This document shows positions 61,236-64,000 of a DNA stretch of 64,000 bases, piece after piece. Made by a program: the position numbers and the translations under genes. The notes beneath the pieces were generated by a model. It searched no databases, was not told the origin of the DNA, and saw only the letters and a list, made by a program, of their open reading frames with translations. The stretch lies in assembly GCA_030704615.1 (NCBI GenBank), contig CM060731.1, positions 82,150,001 through 82,214,000 on the forward strand. Direction: 5' to 3'. The stretch's first letter is position 1. Each line of letters begins with the position of its first letter. Source of the stretch: Takakia lepidozioides (taxonomy: Eukaryota; Plantae; Bryophyta).

Positions 61236-61800
61236 TGCATTCCGGACGAGGTGATCCTCAATGACAAACTGGGAGAGGACGATGTTGGAGTTCTTGTCAC
61301 CAGAATACTTTCTGAAGGTTCTGGATTCTTGATATCTCTTGTAAAATGGCCTTTAACAAAAACACGACTTTTGGAAAGTGGGAAACTACTCTCAAATGAT
61401 ATGGAGAATTTTTTTAGATCCTTTGACAGTATCTTGTACGAAGATCACGAGGCAGGTGTGAAGAAAGGGGCGTATCGGCATTTTACGAGAAAGAAGAGGC
61501 ATCGAGATTTGGAACACTCCAAAACAAAAATGAAGAATCTTACTCTGGAGGAAGTCCGGTCCGTGAGCAGCAAACCTTGCTGCAGACTTCACTGCTGTCA
61601 ATATTTCGATTGGCGAAAAACCTTGGTTATCCGTACTTCTTTTTAGGGATCCACTTTCGATGAGAGGAGAGAACACGGACTGAATGTTTCGAAACGACTT
61701 CACATGGTGGAAGGGACCTCTCGCAGGGCATACGTTACGATTGAGGGTGTGGATGTATATGAGACTGCTTGGTGGACAATTCATGGAATTGGCAGGTCCA
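61236..61800 (+). pseudogene. Continuation of the putative DNA transposase N-terminus with a Cys cluster; truncated near 61800
   Basis: KPCCRLHCCQYF ... VTIEGVDVYETAWWTIHGIGRS; one stop at 61644; coding signal lost after ~61800. Confidence 0.5.
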
Positions 61801-63234
61801 CAAAGTCTCGATTTTAATTCTAAATTTTTGGTAGAGGGCCCATTTATAAGATCATAAATAGTAAGTTGGAGGCGAGATAGGCATCCCTCCTTCTCCTCTA
61901 TATACCTTCTCAGGGCAGCCGGCGCGGCCCTGTTACGCTGCGCTTGAGCCTTCTAGGTCCGCGCCATGTGTCTATAGCCCCATAGGTGGCACCTGCAAAG
62001 AGAGGACTTCATAATAATATAGACGCTTCCCAAAGGGAGAGTAAATTATGGTGTCTCTTCAGCACAAGGGCTACTGCCTTCCAGCTGAAGGTGGACACCT
62101 TCATGACACACCAGACCGTGGTTTGAACCCACAACCACATCCAACGTGGTATGTGCCCATTACCATTGGGCTACATGCTGGTTGTCGACAGGACTTCTAT
62201 TGAAGCTAGCATAGCTATCAAGCCACTTCACCTTGCAACTATTGTTCCCTTTTAAGGGTGGACTCTATAAAGTTGGCGCCTGCACATATATCTTCTTTTT
62301 GTCGCTCTACAACATTGGTTCCTATTATGTTTAATAATGTTGTACCAATATTGAAATTTTGAAATAGTAAACTACTATTGGTATTGAAGTATGGACTAAT
62401 TGAAGACAAAATCAACACACCACAATCATGGCATTGTAATTTCAAATTTGTATGCACAACTATGGCAACATCACCCTAAAAATTATAGCCACTATGAAGG
62501 GGCCCGCACAGATGATGTGTAACTACCAAAGACCTTGTCACAAAGATTGGGGGAGCATTGGTATCTACAAGGTAGGAAAAAATGAATACCAAATTGATCT
62601 AGTAGAAGCTAGGTAACTACTATAAGCCTAGGTTTATCGGGGATAACCTATTAATAACCGGATATTCTTCTTGGTTGATATCAAGTGACATGGGTAGGTC
62701 CTTGATACCAGCGCATATACATGTGCACAGACCATGCAGTATCTTATATACCAGTACAACACTGGTTCATACCTCCCTATTGGTCACTCTACATCATGTT
62801 TAAATTTCCTTGACCTTCAAAATTTCTCCCAACAAACGCTCGAATATTTTATTCAGCATAGTTCGATTCATAACAATGTACGCTTATATTTTAAAATCAA
62901 TATATGAATTTATGCGATTTGTTTGTTTGTTTGTTTTGTCACGTTGAGATGTCCCAAACCGCGAGGCCCCAGCACTGGTGCTTGGTACCGTTGGAAATCC
63001 CTCATCGAGGAAGGGTATTGCACCGGCTTGGTCTCATGATTTTTGGCCCTGCGGTGTGGGAGATACGGAATTCCAAGTACTTTTGGTCGCTGGAAATTCA
63101 CACAAAATAGCAAAAATGGCAAAGTGAGCATTCCTGGGACAATGGTTGGAGCCTTGACGGGAGAGATATCAAAGGAAAGGTCTCCGATTCAAATTTGGTC
63201 GTAGGCTCTCTGAAAAAAAAAAATGATTAGATAT

Positions 63235-63630
63235 GGGATTGCACTTGGACTTAGATGACACTGGACACTTGGGCCTGTACATGGGAGATGCACTTGGATA
63301 CATGAATAGAAGATTGCACTTGGGCTTAGATTTCAATTCTTCACACATGGGCCAACGGCGTAGGCTACACTAGAGGTCGCACTTGGGCCTCGACATAGGA
63401 GACCCACTTGGATGCATAAGAAATTGCACTTGGGCTTAGATTTCAATTCTTCAGACATGGGCCTTGACATAGGAGACCCTTACTTGAATACATAGGGGAT
63501 TGCACTTGGACTTAGATTTCAATTCTTGACACATGGGCGAATGGCGCAGGCTACTCTAGGCCTAGATCTCCCAAACAAGGGGGTCTCTTGATACATAGGG
63601 GATCGGATGATACTGGACACTTGGGCCAAC
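63235..63630. repeat. Degenerate tandem repeat (tgcacttgg[ga]cttagatttcaattctt)
   Basis: The full motif recurs at ~63315, 63425 and 63501, with shorter cacttgg units between. Confidence 0.7.
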
Positions 63631-64000
63631 GGCACGGACTACCCTAGTATTTCAAGTTGAAGTCCAATGGTGGTAATGGGCATATCCCACCTTGGAAGAC
63701 TTGGTCGTGGGTTCAATCCATCAAGATGCAGGTGTCACAAAGGTGTCTACCTTTCCACCGGAAGGCAATAGCGTCCCTTCGGGATCAAGAGATGCCATAA
63801 TTTACGCTTCCTTGGGGAGGTGTCATGATATTCGCAATGCAAAGCATTTGTCATGGATTGATTTGTAAGGTATATGATGCAATCATATATCAAAAAACAA
63901 GAAGCAAAACTTTGAAAAATAAATAGTACATTCATACCATTTTTTTTTTCTTAAACACATTAATAATATAAAGCAAACTCGTGATGGAACATAATCAATG

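Noticed and set aside
63690-63725. tRNA or SINE from a B-box-like ggttcaatcc
   Set aside because: No cloverleaf, A-box or tail could be identified.

Overview
Eukaryotic, transposon-dense plant DNA with no intact host gene. PLS-type PPR, TAA1/TAR and RPS7 fragments plus a Tcn1-like chromovirus suggest a bryophyte or other early land plant (inference). The window is a stack of nested elements. (1) A Copia remnant is interrupted by a self-priming chromovirus-type Ty3/Gypsy (TSD CAACA). That Gypsy is interrupted in its integrase by a large TIR DNA transposon carrying three FCP1/HAD-like ORFs, a ParB-like/degenerate methyltransferase gene, a Pol II CTD-like peptide and at least 9 copies of a 24-bp palindrome. 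The distal halves of all three layers now lie in the opposite orientation, implying a large inversion. (2) A young 12,044-bp Ty3/Gypsy element (11644-23687, minus strand, TSD TCAA) encodes gag-PR-[C5 DNA cytosine methyltransferase]-RT-RH-IN-[PHD finger]. It has a self-complementary PBS, captured host-gene fragments, and split, circularly permuted LTRs (B...A-B-A) whose integrated ends match a palindrome inside the LTR. This is the best candidate for an undescribed system. (3) A 4.4-kb Pack-CACTA (TSD AAG). (4) A full-length 13-kb non-chromovirus Gypsy (TSD TGCAT) with a ~1,040-aa extra ORF after integrase. All family assignments come from motif recognition by eye; no searches were run.
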